Source: an uncultured Clostridia bacterium
GTDB lineage: Bacteria > Bacillota > Clostridia > Christensenellales > UBA1242
Length of the DNA stretch: 64,000 bases
Reading direction: 5' to 3'
Assembly: GCA_944372505.1 (NCBI GenBank)
Contig: CALVZK010000001.1
Span: 385,185 to 449,184, forward strand
The notes beneath the pieces are model-generated. The model saw only the letters and a list, made by a program, of their open reading frames with translations. It searched no databases and was not told the DNA's origin. This document shows positions 38,489-48,545 of this stretch, in pieces (the stretch's first letter is position 1; each line of letters opens with the position of its first letter). Made by a program: the position numbers and the translations under genes.

Positions 38489-39454
38489 TTATTTTTCTTT
38501 AAGTAAATCAGCAATCTTTAAAATACGACGAAATCTGTGGTTTAATCCACTCTTTGTTAATTTTATAGTTGATAATTTTAAAAGTTCTTCCATGCTTTCT
38601 TGAGGATTTGCAATACGAAGAACAGCAACCTCTTGAAGATCTTCTGGTAAACTATCTAATCCAATTTTTTTGTTAATATAATTAATAGCTTGTATTTGTT
38701 TCATACTTGCATCAATAGTTTTGTTAATATTAGCATTAATACAATTAACTTGACGATTAACAGTATTTCTGAGACCTCTTTTTGCCATTTCATCTACAAG
38801 AGCAAGAACACTTTCAGTTGCCCCAACTAAAGCCAATAAATCTTTGATTGCTTCGCTATCTTTTAAATATAAAACAAATATTTTTCTTCTGACTGCTAGT
38901 TTACTAGAAATATTAAAATGTAATAAAAGTTTCTGTAAATCTTCTAGAAATAATTGTTTGTGTGATGCAAATTCTAAATGATAGCCAGTAGTTGGTAATT
39001 GTGAACCTAAAGTAGATAATTTAATACTAGAAGTAGCACAACCAATATAAGCTCCTTTAATAAAACTTTGTTTTGTATCATCATCTGCAACTATATTATT
39101 ATCTATACCTTCTATTAAAACCAATTCTCCAGTTTGAGAAATCAATCCACAATCTTTTAGAATTTGCAAAGAGATTGATGTTGGAAATTTAATTCTATAA
39201 TAAATTGTCTTATTAATGATATAATCATCTGAAATTTCTAAAGAAAGGTTTTCTCCATATAGATTGTGCACAAGTTTATTTAAATAATCAAAAATTTCTT
39301 TAAAATCTGTCACTAAATCACAATTAATCCCTTCGCTATTCTTTGTAATGTTACCACAAGCATGAAATAAACCAGACAAAAATGCTTGACCACAAATAGC
39401 GTCGTCAATGATACTTTCAATAATTTCTAATTTACTATCTTTTGCAAAACTCAA
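38489..39454 (-). CDS. whiA: DNA-binding protein WhiA
   Basis: 321 aa with a degenerate LAGLIDADG-like N-terminal region and a C-terminal HTH (LTKSGLNHRFRRI). Confidence 0.88.
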   Translation of the reverse strand: MSFAKDSKLEIIESIIDDAICGQAFLSGLFHACGNITKNSEGINCDLVTDFKEIFDYLNKLVHNLYGENLSLEISDDYIINKTIYYRIKFPTSISLQILKDCGLISQTGELVLIEGIDNNIVADDDTKQSFIKGAYIGCATSSIKLSTLGSQLPTTGYHLEFASHKQLFLEDLQKLLLHFNISSKLAVRRKIFVLYLKDSEAIKDLLALVGATESVLALVDEMAKRGLRNTVNRQVNCINANINKTIDASMKQIQAINYINKKIGLDSLPEDLQEVAVLRIANPQESMEELLKLSTIKLTKSGLNHRFRRILKIADLLKEK

Positions 39455-40218
39455 TTTAACCCTCTTTTCGAAGAAAATTTTGGAATCTTATTAATATTTA
39501 CTATTTGTGAAAGTGGTAAATTTAATCTAAAAACAATATCTAACCCATTATTACACTCTCCAACACTTTCGGGAGAATGAGCATCTGAATCAATAATAAA
39601 TTTAACCCCTTCTTCTGCCATTGTTAAAATTTCTCTATCTGAAAAATTAATTCTTTTTCCATTTAATTCTATAAAAGTTCCTTTTTCTTTCGCCATTTTG
39701 GCAACAGCTAATGTATCAGTTGGACACCCATCATTTAAGTGAGTTATAATATCAATAGGATATTTATCTAAAGCCTTCAAATACGCTGTAGTATTTCTAT
39801 TTAATCTATCTTTGCTAGGAGCAAAAGGGGTTCCAAATAAATTTGCAAAAATAAGTTTGTTTCTGTCGTTTGAAGAATCCGCTTTGACAAATTTATGAAA
39901 TCCCATAAGCAAAATATCCAAAAATTCAAAATCCTCTTCGTTAACATCAATTTTTCCATCTAAAGATATTAAATTTGCTTCAACACCAAGCAAAATGTCA
40001 ATACCTGTAACCTCTTTAGCGTTCAAAATATCCTCTTTGATAGAAGGAATATCTCGTCTTCTAACACCATAAAAAACATGATTAAATCCATGGTCTGTAA
40101 TCGCTATTTGTTTAAGTCCTTTGTTTAATGCAACAGAGGCATTTTCTAAAATAGTCCCTTTTCCATGGTTATTTTTTGAATACTTTGTATGTGTATGGTA
40201 ATCACCAAACAAAATCAT
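39451..40218 (-). CDS. PHP-domain phosphoesterase
   Basis: GDYHTHTKYS N-terminal motif, ITDHG and DSDAH motifs; 4-bp overlap with whiA. Confidence 0.8.
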   Translation of the reverse strand: MILFGDYHTHTKYSKNNHGKGTILENASVALNKGLKQIAITDHGFNHVFYGVRRRDIPSIKEDILNAKEVTGIDILLGVEANLISLDGKIDVNEEDFEFLDILLMGFHKFVKADSSNDRNKLIFANLFGTPFAPSKDRLNRNTTAYLKALDKYPIDIITHLNDGCPTDTLAVAKMAKEKGTFIELNGKRINFSDREILTMAEEGVKFIIDSDAHSPESVGECNNGLDIVFRLNLPLSQIVNINKIPKFSSKRGLN

Positions 40219-40321
40219 AAGTCCCTCCTAAAAATACACATACTTTGATTATATAACATTTAAAAAAAAAGTCAATCAAATTGACTTTTATGGATTTTAA
40301 AATTATAGATCAATAATTCTT

Positions 40322-40771
40322 TTATTTTAAATTTTGTGAATCTAATATAATTGTAACAGGTCCATCATTCATAACATTTATTTTCATATCAACTCCAAAA
40401 ATACCCGTTTTTACTTGTAAATTTTCGTTTATAAGACTATCTTTAAACATTAAATATAAGCGATTGGCTTCGTTCGGTTCTTTGGCACCTGTAAAACTTG
40501 GCCTATTTCCATTGTAACAATCTGCATATAAAGTAAATTGACTTACTAATAAAATTTCTCCACCATAATCTTTAATATTTAAATTCATCTTATTATTTGT
40601 ATCTTCATAAATTCTTAACTTTACTATTTTGCTAGAAAGTTTTATTACATCTTCCTCTTTATCTTCAGCTCCAATACCTAAAAAAATTATACAGCCTTTG
40701 TTAATACATGAGATTTCTTCTTCGTCCACATATAATTGAGCATTTAGAACTCTTTGTATAATTGCTCTCAT
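40322..40771 (-). CDS. dtd: D-aminoacyl-tRNA deacylase
   Basis: MRAIIQRV start, SQFTLYAD and GPVTI motifs; 149 aa. Confidence 0.95.
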   Translation of the reverse strand: MRAIIQRVLNAQLYVDEEEISCINKGCIIFLGIGAEDKEEDVIKLSSKIVKLRIYEDTNNKMNLNIKDYGGEILLVSQFTLYADCYNGNRPSFTGAKEPNEANRLYLMFKDSLINENLQVKTGIFGVDMKINVMNDGPVTIILDSQNLK

Positions 40772-41217
40772 TATTTTTTATCTCCACCCTTATTAAATAT
40801 CGGAACAACTTCTTTTAAAATTAAACTATTAGCAATAGTTATTCCAACAAATACAAATAGATGAAAAGCAATAGATATTCCCAAAGTAAAAGAAGATGGC
40901 ATATTATTAATTGCAAAAACTATAATAAGAATAACGTTCATTAAAAAATTACAAGTCAAAGTAAATATTAATAAAAATTTTTTAGATAAAAATTTTTCAT
41001 CATCTTGTTTCCATAATTTCATTATTATGAAATTTAAAACTATAGTAGTTAGCATAAATAAGACTCCTAATATAGAAAATATTAATGCTAATATTGATGT
41101 TGATGAAGAGTTAATTTCCATTATTGAAGATACCATTATAGCTCCCATAAGAATTAAATAACTTATTAAACATATAACAGATATTAATAACCCAATAAAA
41201 TAATCTTTACGCTCCAT
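40771..41217 (-). CDS. Hypothetical polytopic membrane protein
   Basis: 148 aa with about four TM helices; its stop overlaps the dtd start. Confidence 0.55.
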   Translation of the reverse strand: MERKDYFIGLLISVICLISYLILMGAIMVSSIMEINSSSTSILALIFSILGVLFMLTTIVLNFIIMKLWKQDDEKFLSKKFLLIFTLTCNFLMNVILIIVFAINNMPSSFTLGISIAFHLFVFVGITIANSLILKEVVPIFNKGGDKK

Positions 41218-41540
41218 AATAACCTCTTTATTTATTAAGTATAGTCCAATGCCTCAATTTTGTCAACATTTAAATATATTATAATTATTTTAATATATTT
41301 TAAAAAAAATATATTCTTTTGAATTAAAATAATTTTTAATAAATTTAAAAAATATTTATTAATTTAATTATTTAAATAATTATATATATTTTTTTTATTT
41401 TAAATTTATTATTAAAATAATAACAAAATGCTATTATTTAAAATATTTATTTCCCTTTATTATCAAGATAAAAAAATATTTTTAAAAAATATTTAAATCA
41501 TTATTTTAAATTAAATATATTTGTATTAAATATTTAATTA

Positions 41541-41570
41541 AAAAAAGCAACTATTAATAATTGCTTTTTT
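41541..41570 (-). terminator. Terminator hairpin after rplQ
   Basis: aaaaaagcaa-(ctattaataa)-ttgctttttt, 17 nt beyond the rplQ stop; the G+C core is weak. Confidence 0.5.
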
Positions 41571-41586
41571 TAAAATTATTTTAAAA

Positions 41587-42096
41587 TTAAATTAATTCAA
41601 CAATTGCCATTTCGGCACTGTCTCCTCTTCTTTGACCCATTTTTATTATCCTAGTATATCCTCCACCTTGTCCAACTTCCTTAATGCGTGTTGCATATTT
41701 TGGAGCATAAAGGTTAAACATTTTTTCAAGTAATGGATGATTGATACCTTGAGTTCTTGCCTCAAATGCTTCAATAGATTCTTTAGGCTTTCTTTGTTCT
41801 TGTCTATCCATAAGATAAGCCATCATTTTTCTACGTGCTTGTAACTTTTTAGGTCCATCATTAGAAACTGTCGTTTTAACTTTAACACCTTTATCATTTT
41901 TTATTTCTTTGGTAGTTTTAACAATATCTTCATATGAATTTATAGCAAGTGTTAATAATTTTTCTGCTTGACTTCTTACAGATTTCGCTCTAGCCAATGT
42001 TGTTTCAACTTTTCCAAACCATAACAAGTCTGATACAAGTCCGCGAAGCATAGAATTTTTTTCTTTACTTGGTCTACCTAATTTTGCGTTAGCCAT
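41587..42096 (-). CDS. rplQ: 50S ribosomal protein L17 (with internal insertion)
   Basis: LGRPSKEKNSMLRGL N-terminus and GGYTRIIKMGQRRGD C-terminus; follows rpoA. Confidence 0.93.
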   Translation of the reverse strand: MANAKLGRPSKEKNSMLRGLVSDLLWFGKVETTLARAKSVRSQAEKLLTLAINSYEDIVKTTKEIKNDKGVKVKTTVSNDGPKKLQARRKMMAYLMDRQEQRKPKESIEAFEARTQGINHPLLEKMFNLYAPKYATRIKEVGQGGGYTRIIKMGQRRGDSAEMAIVELI

Positions 42097-42117
42097 GTTA
42101 TATCTCCTTTATTAAGA

Positions 42118-43068
42118 TTAGTCTTCTTCTCTGCGAAGTGAAAGTCCATAACTTTCAAGCTTTGCAATAACCTCATCAATAGATTTGATACCAAGATTTT
42201 TAACCTTAAGCATGTCTCCTCTTGATTTTTTGATAAGGTCTTCGACTGTATTAATTCCTGCTCTCTTTAAGCAGTTGTAAGAACGAACAGAAAGATCCAT
42301 TTCTTCTATAGGAAGTTCCATAAGTTTAATTTGTTTATCTTCTTCCCTAGAGACTAAAATATCTGTACTTGCCATTTGGGCACAAAGTTCAACGAAAAGA
42401 TTTACATGTTCCATAATAATTTTACCAGCAAGTGAAACAATTTCTCTTGCAGAAGTAGTTCCGTTAGTTTCTACTTCAAGTGTAAGTTTATCGTAATTAA
42501 CGCTTTGACCTACACGTGTATTCTCTACAGTAAAGTTAACCTTTTTCACTGGAGAGAAAAGAGAATCAATTGCTATATAATCTATATTATCAAATTTAGA
42601 TTTATTAACATTGTTAGGAACATATCCTCTACCATTACCAATCATTAAATCCATGTCAAGTATAGCACCTTCATCCATTGTGCAAATATAAAGATCAGGA
42701 TTTAAAATTTCAACATCACTATTCTCTTCAAAATCTTTTGCAGTAATAACTCCTGCTCCTGTTTTTCTTAAATGCAAATAAGTGATGAAATCTTTACTTG
42801 TATCTCTACATTTTACTGCAAGTTCCTTAATGTTAAGAATAATTTCTACAACATCTTCAGTTACTCCTCTAATAGTAGAAAATTCATGAGCAACTCCTGC
42901 AATTCTTACAGCTATAGCAGCAGAGCCCGGTAAAGATGAAAGAAGTGTTCTTCTCATTGCATTACCAAGAGTAATTCCATATCCCTTTTCAAGTGGTTCA
43001 ACGACAAATCTAGCAAAAGCGCCATTATCTGTCTCTTCACAACTAATTTTAGGTCTTTCCATTTCCAT
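42118..43068 (-). CDS. rpoA: DNA-directed RNA polymerase alpha subunit
   Basis: GYGITLGNAMRRTLLSSLPG N-terminal domain and C-terminal LSVRSYNCLKRAGI helix-hairpin-helix. Confidence 0.95.
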   Translation of the reverse strand: MEMERPKISCEETDNGAFARFVVEPLEKGYGITLGNAMRRTLLSSLPGSAAIAVRIAGVAHEFSTIRGVTEDVVEIILNIKELAVKCRDTSKDFITYLHLRKTGAGVITAKDFEENSDVEILNPDLYICTMDEGAILDMDLMIGNGRGYVPNNVNKSKFDNIDYIAIDSLFSPVKKVNFTVENTRVGQSVNYDKLTLEVETNGTTSAREIVSLAGKIIMEHVNLFVELCAQMASTDILVSREEDKQIKLMELPIEEMDLSVRSYNCLKRAGINTVEDLIKKSRGDMLKVKNLGIKSIDEVIAKLESYGLSLRREED

Positions 43069-43089
43069 AATTTTTGTTCCTCCCTCTTA

Positions 43090-43716
43090 TTATCTTGAAT
43101 ACAATTCAACAATAAGTTGTTCTTTAATATCAGCATCAATATCTTCCCTGCTAGGAAGTGCTAAAATTTTCCCAGAGAGAGTGTTTGTATCAAACTCAAC
43201 CCATTTAGGCATAACAATTTTACTGCCTTTAAGGTCTTTAAATTGTTCATTGCTTTGTTTGCTTTCTTTAATAGCGATAATATCGCCAGCCTTAACTATA
43301 TAAGAAGGGATGTTAACTCTTTTTCCATTAACAGTAATAAGACCATGGTTTACAATTTGTCTAGCCTGTTTTCTACTCATGCCAATTCCCATTCTATAAA
43401 CAACATTATCAAGTCTTCTTTCAATTAAAGTGAGCATAACTGAACCAGTTGCTCCTTCCATTTTACGAGCCTTTTCATAATATTCTCTAAATTGTCTTTC
43501 TAAAATTCCATACATTCTCTTAACTTTTTGTTTTTCACGAAGTTGAGTGCCGTATTCAGAAAAAGCAACTTTTCTTTTACTATTGCCATGTTGTCCAGGA
43601 ATAACAGGTCTTCTTTCCATAGCACATTTTTTAGTAGTACATCTTTCTCCCTTAAGGAAAAGTTTGCATCCTTCTCGTCTACATTGACGGCAGTCAGGTT
43701 CAATAGTTCTTGCCAT
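43090..43716 (-). CDS. rpsD: 30S ribosomal protein S4 (Cys-containing zinc-finger form)
   Basis: CRQCRREGCKLFLKGERC N-terminus and S4 RNA-binding domain. Confidence 0.95.
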   Translation of the reverse strand: MARTIEPDCRQCRREGCKLFLKGERCTTKKCAMERRPVIPGQHGNSKRKVAFSEYGTQLREKQKVKRMYGILERQFREYYEKARKMEGATGSVMLTLIERRLDNVVYRMGIGMSRKQARQIVNHGLITVNGKRVNIPSYIVKAGDIIAIKESKQSNEQFKDLKGSKIVMPKWVEFDTNTLSGKILALPSREDIDADIKEQLIVELYSR

Positions 43717-43730
43717 TTTAGCCTCTCCTT

Positions 43731-44129
43731 TTAAACTCTTCTAACTTTAGGAGGTCTGCAACCGTTATGAGCGATTGGAGAAACATCCTTAATCATGGTT
43801 ACATTAATGTCACAGTTTGCTAAAGTACGGATAGCAAGTTCTCTACCACTACCAGGTCCTTTAACGAAAACTTCAACAGATTGAATACCATGTTCTTTTG
43901 CGACTTTTGCAGCATCTTCTACGCAAGATTGTGCAGCAAATGGAGTGCTTTTCTTTGAACCTTTAAGTCCAAGTTTTCCACTGCTACACCAAGAAAGGAC
44001 ATTGCCATTTGAATCAGTAAAGGTAACAATTGTATTGTTAAAAGAAGTTTTAATATGAACTTGACCTTGACTGATATTTTTACTAACTCTTCTTTTAGTA
44101 GTCTTTTTTGCAGTTGTTTTCTTTGCCAT
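43731..44129 (-). CDS. rpsK: 30S ribosomal protein S11
   Basis: [18 protein letters not shown] and [12 protein letters not shown]. Confidence 0.95.
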   Translation of the reverse strand: MAKKTTAKKTTKRRVSKNISQGQVHIKTSFNNTIVTFTDSNGNVLSWCSSGKLGLKGSKKSTPFAAQSCVEDAAKVAKEHGIQSVEVFVKGPGSGRELAIRTLANCDINVTMIKDVSPIAHNGCRPPKVRRV

Positions 44130-44140
44130 ATTATATCTCC

Positions 44141-44518
44141 TTATTTACCTTTCTTCGAACTACCAGCGACAACCTTCTTAGGTCCTTTTCTAGTTCTAGC
44201 ATTGTTACGAGTATTTTGTCCTCTAACAGGAAGTCCTTTACGATGACGAATACCTCTATAACAACCTATTTCGCTGAGTTTTTTGATGTCCATATCGACT
44301 TTTTTACGAAGTTCACCTTCAACAATTATATTGTGTTCAATATAATTACGAAGTTTAGCAACTTGATCGTCAGTTAAATCTTTAACCCTAATATCTGCAC
44401 TAACGCCTGTTGCTTCACAAATTTTATTGGAAGTAACTCTACCTATACCGTAAATATAAGTAAGTCCAAGTTCCAATCTTTTTTCTCTGGGTAAATCTAC
44501 ACCAGCAATTCTTGCCAT
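44141..44518 (-). CDS. rpsM: 30S ribosomal protein S13
   Basis: [10 protein letters not shown] start and [18 protein letters not shown]. Confidence 0.95.
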   Translation of the reverse strand: MARIAGVDLPREKRLELGLTYIYGIGRVTSNKICEATGVSADIRVKDLTDDQVAKLRNYIEHNIIVEGELRKKVDMDIKKLSEIGCYRGIRHRKGLPVRGQNTRNNARTRKGPKKVVAGSSKKGK

Positions 44519-44545
44519 TTAATTATCCTCCAATTTTTTAATTAT

Positions 44546-44662
44546 TTAGCCTTGTACTTGTTTGTGTTTTGCACTTTTAGAGCAGATAACCATTACTTTG
44601 CCATCTCTCTTGATTACTCTACACTTATCACAAATAGGCTTAACTGATGCTCTAACTTTCAT
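44546..44662 (-). CDS. rpmJ: 50S ribosomal protein L36 (Cys-containing zinc form)
   Basis: Not in the ORF track. Hand translation: [38 protein letters not shown]. Confidence 0.93.
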   Translation of the reverse strand: MKVRASVKPICDKCRVIKRDGKVMVICSKSAKHKQVQG

Positions 44663-44674
44663 AATGTCTCCTTT

Positions 44675-44896
44675 TTAACCCTTTTCTCTCCAAGTTATTC
44701 GACCCTTGGTAAGATCATATGGGCTCATTTCAACTTTGACTTTATCCCCTTCCAACACTTTGATGTAATTTTTTCTTAATTTGCCAGAAAGGTAAGTAAG
44801 GATTTCATGACCATTAGATAGACGAACCTTAAAAGTAGTATTTGGTAATACTTCTTCAACTACTCCTTCAAATTCAATAACATCTTCTTTAGACAT
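44675..44896 (-). CDS. infA: Translation initiation factor IF-1
   Basis: [13 protein letters not shown]...; the ORF-track start at 44902 is a GTG two codons upstream of this ATG. Confidence 0.93.
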   Translation of the reverse strand: MSKEDVIEFEGVVEEVLPNTTFKVRLSNGHEILTYLSGKLRKNYIKVLEGDKVKVEMSPYDLTKGRITWREKG

Positions 44897-45149
44897 GTTC
44901 ACTCCTTATTTTAGATAAAAATTTTCTTATTAAAGCGTTTGCTCTCTCATTTTTATCAAGAACTTCGCTTTCATTTAAAGAAAGGTTTGTAAACTTTTGA
45001 ATATGTTTAAAACTTTTCTTCTTAGGCTTATAAGTTTTAAGCCTTTTCCCATCCGATAAATAAGCGTATTTATCATCAAGTGCGACAATTACGAATAACT
45101 GTCCTTTTTCTTTGCCCGCTTTAGAGAGCACTACATCTCCTATTTTCAT
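44889..45149 (-). CDS. KOW-domain RNA-binding protein
   Basis: 86 aa with the [22 protein letters not shown] motif, in the map-infA slot typical of Clostridia. Confidence 0.75.
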   Translation of the reverse strand: MKIGDVVLSKAGKEKGQLFVIVALDDKYAYLSDGKRLKTYKPKKKSFKHIQKFTNLSLNESEVLDKNERANALIRKFLSKIRSEHV

Positions 45150-45160
45150 TTTTCACCTCA

Positions 45161-45904
45161 TTACAGAGTCAAAATTTCGACTCCGTCTTTAGTAACATGG
45201 ACAGTGTTTTCATAATGGGCAGAACATTTTCCGTCACGAGTAACAACTCCCCAGCCATCTTCAATTAACCAAACTTCTTTTTTCCCCTCGTTAATCATAG
45301 GTTCAATAGCAAGACAAGCATTCTCAGTAATTAATGGTCCATCAGTGTCTTTGCCATAGTTTGGAACATTTGGTGGCTCATGCATTTTTAGACCTATACC
45401 ATGTCCTACAAGTTCTCTTACAACGCTAAATCCATTGCTTTCAGCATATTGCTGAATTGCATGACTTACTTCTCCTAGCCTATGCCCAACTTTTAACTTC
45501 TTTATTCCTTCAAAGAAACATTGTTTAGTAACTTCTATTAGCTTTTGTCTTTGAGGAGATATTTTACCTACAGGAAAAGTCCTCGTTGCATCACCATGTA
45601 AACCTTTATATCGAACTACTAGGTCAATACTTACAATATCCCCTTCTTTCAAGATTACATTTTCACTTGGAATACCATGAACTACCATCTCATTGACGGA
45701 AATACAAGTAGCAGCAGGATATCCTTCATAACCTTTACATGCGGGATAAGCACCATTATCAATTATAAACTTTTCTATTTCCTTGTCAAGGTCTTTAGTA
45801 GAAATACCCGGTCTTATTAAAGTTTCACAGTACTTTAATGCTTCCTTTGTAATAAGACAAGCCTTTCTCATTAAAACCATTTGTGCTGGAGTTAAATTAT
45901 TCAA
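45161..45904 (-). CDS. map: Type I methionine aminopeptidase
   Basis: The DIVSIDL, GLHGD, GHGIG, AIEPM and HYENT metal-ligand contexts are all present. Confidence 0.95.
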   Translation of the reverse strand: MNNLTPAQMVLMRKACLITKEALKYCETLIRPGISTKDLDKEIEKFIIDNGAYPACKGYEGYPAATCISVNEMVVHGIPSENVILKEGDIVSIDLVVRYKGLHGDATRTFPVGKISPQRQKLIEVTKQCFFEGIKKLKVGHRLGEVSHAIQQYAESNGFSVVRELVGHGIGLKMHEPPNVPNYGKDTDGPLITENACLAIEPMINEGKKEVWLIEDGWGVVTRDGKCSAHYENTVHVTKDGVEILTL

Positions 45905-46529
45905 TATTTGCCTCCAATTTTTTTAGAAAAGATTTTACAGGTCTGTAAGTTTCTTCAACAGTACCTTTGCTTGAAAACTTAACAACCTTATCACCGTAGA
46001 AGTCTATAAGTGGTGCAGTGTTCTTCTCATAAACTTCCAGACGATTTTGTATAGTCAGCGGTTTATCGTCATCACGCTGAATAAGTTCTTCATTACAATT
46101 TAAACATTTCCCATTTGGAACATCTTTAAAATTGTAAGTTGAACCACATTTAAGACAAGTTCTTCTAGCAGAAAGACGTTCTATGATAATCTCTTTAGAA
46201 AGATCTACTAAAATAACTGTGTCTATATGAGAAATTTTTTCGAGTTCTTTTGCTTGATTAATTGTTCTAGGGAAACCATCTAGTATAAATCCATTTTTGC
46301 AATCATCTTTATCAAGCCTTTCTTTCACAATTTCAATGGTTACTTCATCTGGAACTAAAGCACCGCTTTCAATTATACTTTTTAATTTTTCGCCAAGTTC
46401 GCTTCCGCTTTTTATACATTCGCGAAACAAATCTCCTGTTGAAATATGTGCTAAAGAAAAATCTTTAATAATGTTTTTTGCAAGCGTACCTTTACCACTT
46501 CCGGGTGCCCCTAAAAGAATAATCTTCAT
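45897..46529 (-). CDS. adk: Adenylate kinase (zinc-lid form)
   Basis: GAPGSGKGT P-loop; lid with CLKC...CLNC. Confidence 0.95.
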   Translation of the reverse strand: MKIILLGAPGSGKGTLAKNIIKDFSLAHISTGDLFRECIKSGSELGEKLKSIIESGALVPDEVTIEIVKERLDKDDCKNGFILDGFPRTINQAKELEKISHIDTVILVDLSKEIIIERLSARRTCLKCGSTYNFKDVPNGKCLNCNEELIQRDDDKPLTIQNRLEVYEKNTAPLIDFYGDKVVKFSSKGTVEETYRPVKSFLKKLEANIE

Positions 46530-46594
46530 ATTTTCTCCTTTAAACTTCTCTTATGCTTTGCAGTGGAGAATTTCTTCTCCACTGGAAATGCCTT

Positions 46595-47884
46595 TTAACT
46601 TAAGAAACCTTTGTGATTTCTGACAAACATTTGTGCCGATAATTGTTTTTCAAATTCAAGTGCTACAGAAACAACAATCATTAATCCTGTCGTTGAGAAC
46701 GCGTTAATTAAAACGGAAGCACCAGAATTATCTCCAATAGCCTTAAATGCAAGAGATGGTATAAGTGCAATAACTGCTAAGAATATTGCTCCGAATAGAG
46801 TAATTCTTTTTGATATTTTCCCTAAATATTCACTAGTAAGTTTTCCTGCTCTTATTCCAGGGATTGTTCCTCCTTGCTGTTGAATTCTCTTTGCAATATC
46901 ATCTGGATCAAAAGATATTTTTGAATAGAAGAAAGAGAATACTAAAATTAACAATGCTGTAAGAACAATATATAACCATGAATTAGTTCCCAGCCAATCG
47001 CTATACCAAGTAACATTTGGCCAGAAAATTGAAATAATCATTTGAGGGAAAGTCAAAAGTGCACTAGCAAATATTATAGGCATAACACCTGTAGCGTTTA
47101 CCTTAATAGGAATATAATTACTTTGTCCACCATACATTCTTCTTCCTTTAATTTGTTTTGCGTATTGAACATGAACTCTTCTTTCAGCCCCATCAATAAA
47201 TACAATTAAAGCAAAGATAGCTATTATTGAAACAATAAATATAACAAGATACCATATATAAGTGATGTCTACTGTACATTGTTGAATGATAGCAGATATA
47301 CTTGAGCCAGCTGATGAGAGAATACCAACAAATATAAGCATACTAGTTCCATTACCAATACCTAAATCTGTAATTCTTTCACCAAGCCAAACAGTGAACA
47401 TTGCTCCAGCAACCATAATCAAAACAACACCACAACCAACTAGCCAAGCAGGAATACCGCCAAGAAGATTAGTATCGAGACTAGAAGAGTATGCAACAAC
47501 AATACCTATTGCTTGAGCAAATGCTAAAACAAGTGCTGCAATTCTAGTATATAGGTTAATTTTACGTCTTCCATCTTCTCCACTTTTAGATAATCTTTCA
47601 AGTGAAGGGATGGCAACTGTCAAAAGTTGAATTACGATTGATGCAGTAATGTAAGGAGATACCCCAAGCGCTAAAACAGAACAATTCGCAAGAGCACCAC
47701 CACTTACCATATTCATAAGATCAAAGAAACCGAATCCTGTGCTATTTTCAAACATTGCTGTTGTATCAAATCCTACACAAGGAATCCAACATCCTATTCT
47801 ATAAATAAAAAGAAGAAGGAGTGTGATTAATATCTTATTCCTTATTTCTTTTACTTTAAATGCGTCAATAATCGTTCTAAACAT
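46595..47884 (-). CDS. secY: Preprotein translocase subunit SecY
   Basis: 429-aa protein with 10 TM helices, in the spc-operon position between rplO and adk. Confidence 0.95.
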   Translation of the reverse strand: MFRTIIDAFKVKEIRNKILITLLLLFIYRIGCWIPCVGFDTTAMFENSTGFGFFDLMNMVSGGALANCSVLALGVSPYITASIVIQLLTVAIPSLERLSKSGEDGRRKINLYTRIAALVLAFAQAIGIVVAYSSSLDTNLLGGIPAWLVGCGVVLIMVAGAMFTVWLGERITDLGIGNGTSMLIFVGILSSAGSSISAIIQQCTVDITYIWYLVIFIVSIIAIFALIVFIDGAERRVHVQYAKQIKGRRMYGGQSNYIPIKVNATGVMPIIFASALLTFPQMIISIFWPNVTWYSDWLGTNSWLYIVLTALLILVFSFFYSKISFDPDDIAKRIQQQGGTIPGIRAGKLTSEYLGKISKRITLFGAIFLAVIALIPSLAFKAIGDNSGASVLINAFSTTGLMIVVSVALEFEKQLSAQMFVRNHKGFLS

Positions 47885-48330
47885 TATAACTCCTCTATTT
47901 TTCCACCAACTTTTTCAATTTTTTCTTTGGCTTGTTTAGTCGCTTTTGCACATCTTATAGTTAAAGGTTTTGTAATTTCTCCATTTCCTAAAACTTTAAG
48001 ACCATATTCAGAACGCTTGCCAATAAATCTAGTTTGATATAAAAGTTCTTGATCAATAACAGCATTTGCCTCAAATGCCTCTAAATCACCAACATTTACA
48101 CAAGCATATCTTTTAGCAAAATTCTTATTGTTAAATCCTCTCATAGGGATTTTTCTGATCATAGGGATATTTCCACCCTCAAATCCTGGTCGAACACCAC
48201 CGCCACTTCTAGCGTTTTGTCCTTTATGACCTTTACCACTTGTTTTGCCGATACCACTACCGATACCACGTCCAATACGAACTTTTTTTGTAGTAGCACC
48301 TTCAGCAGGTTTTAAATTTTCAAGTTTCAT
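47884..48330 (-). CDS. rplO: 50S ribosomal protein L15
   Basis: GRGIGSGIGKTSGKGHKGQ motif. Confidence 0.95.
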   Translation of the reverse strand: MKLENLKPAEGATTKKVRIGRGIGSGIGKTSGKGHKGQNARSGGGVRPGFEGGNIPMIRKIPMRGFNNKNFAKRYACVNVGDLEAFEANAVIDQELLYQTRFIGKRSEYGLKVLGNGEITKPLTIRCAKATKQAKEKIEKVGGKIEEL

Positions 48331-48339
48331 TGCTCCCTC

Positions 48340-48534
48340 CTACTTTGCCTCTTCCACTTTAACAAGGTGAGCAACATGATGTAAACTACCTCTAATGGAA
48401 TCATTATCAGGAAGAAGTCTAGTTTGATTTAATTTTTTAAAGCCTAAAGCTTCGATAATTTTAGCCTGGTTAGCATTATATCCAATGCAACTTTTAACCC
48501 AAGTTACTTTAAGCATTTTTTCTTTTTTTGCCAT
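48340..48534 (-). CDS. rpmD: 50S ribosomal protein L30
   Basis: 64 aa, LKVTWVKSCIG...; operon position. Confidence 0.9.
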   Translation of the reverse strand: MAKKEKMLKVTWVKSCIGYNANQAKIIEALGFKKLNQTRLLPDNDSIRGSLHHVAHLVKVEEAK

Positions 48535-48545
48535 AACTTCCTCCC

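Noticed and set aside
42954-43139. Same-strand alternative-frame ORFs inside or bridging ribosomal and rpoA genes (also 43500-43703, 50686-50907, 48929-49123, 55998-56195)
   Set aside because: They overlap strongly supported conserved genes in another frame, have no RBS and show no recognisable sequence features.
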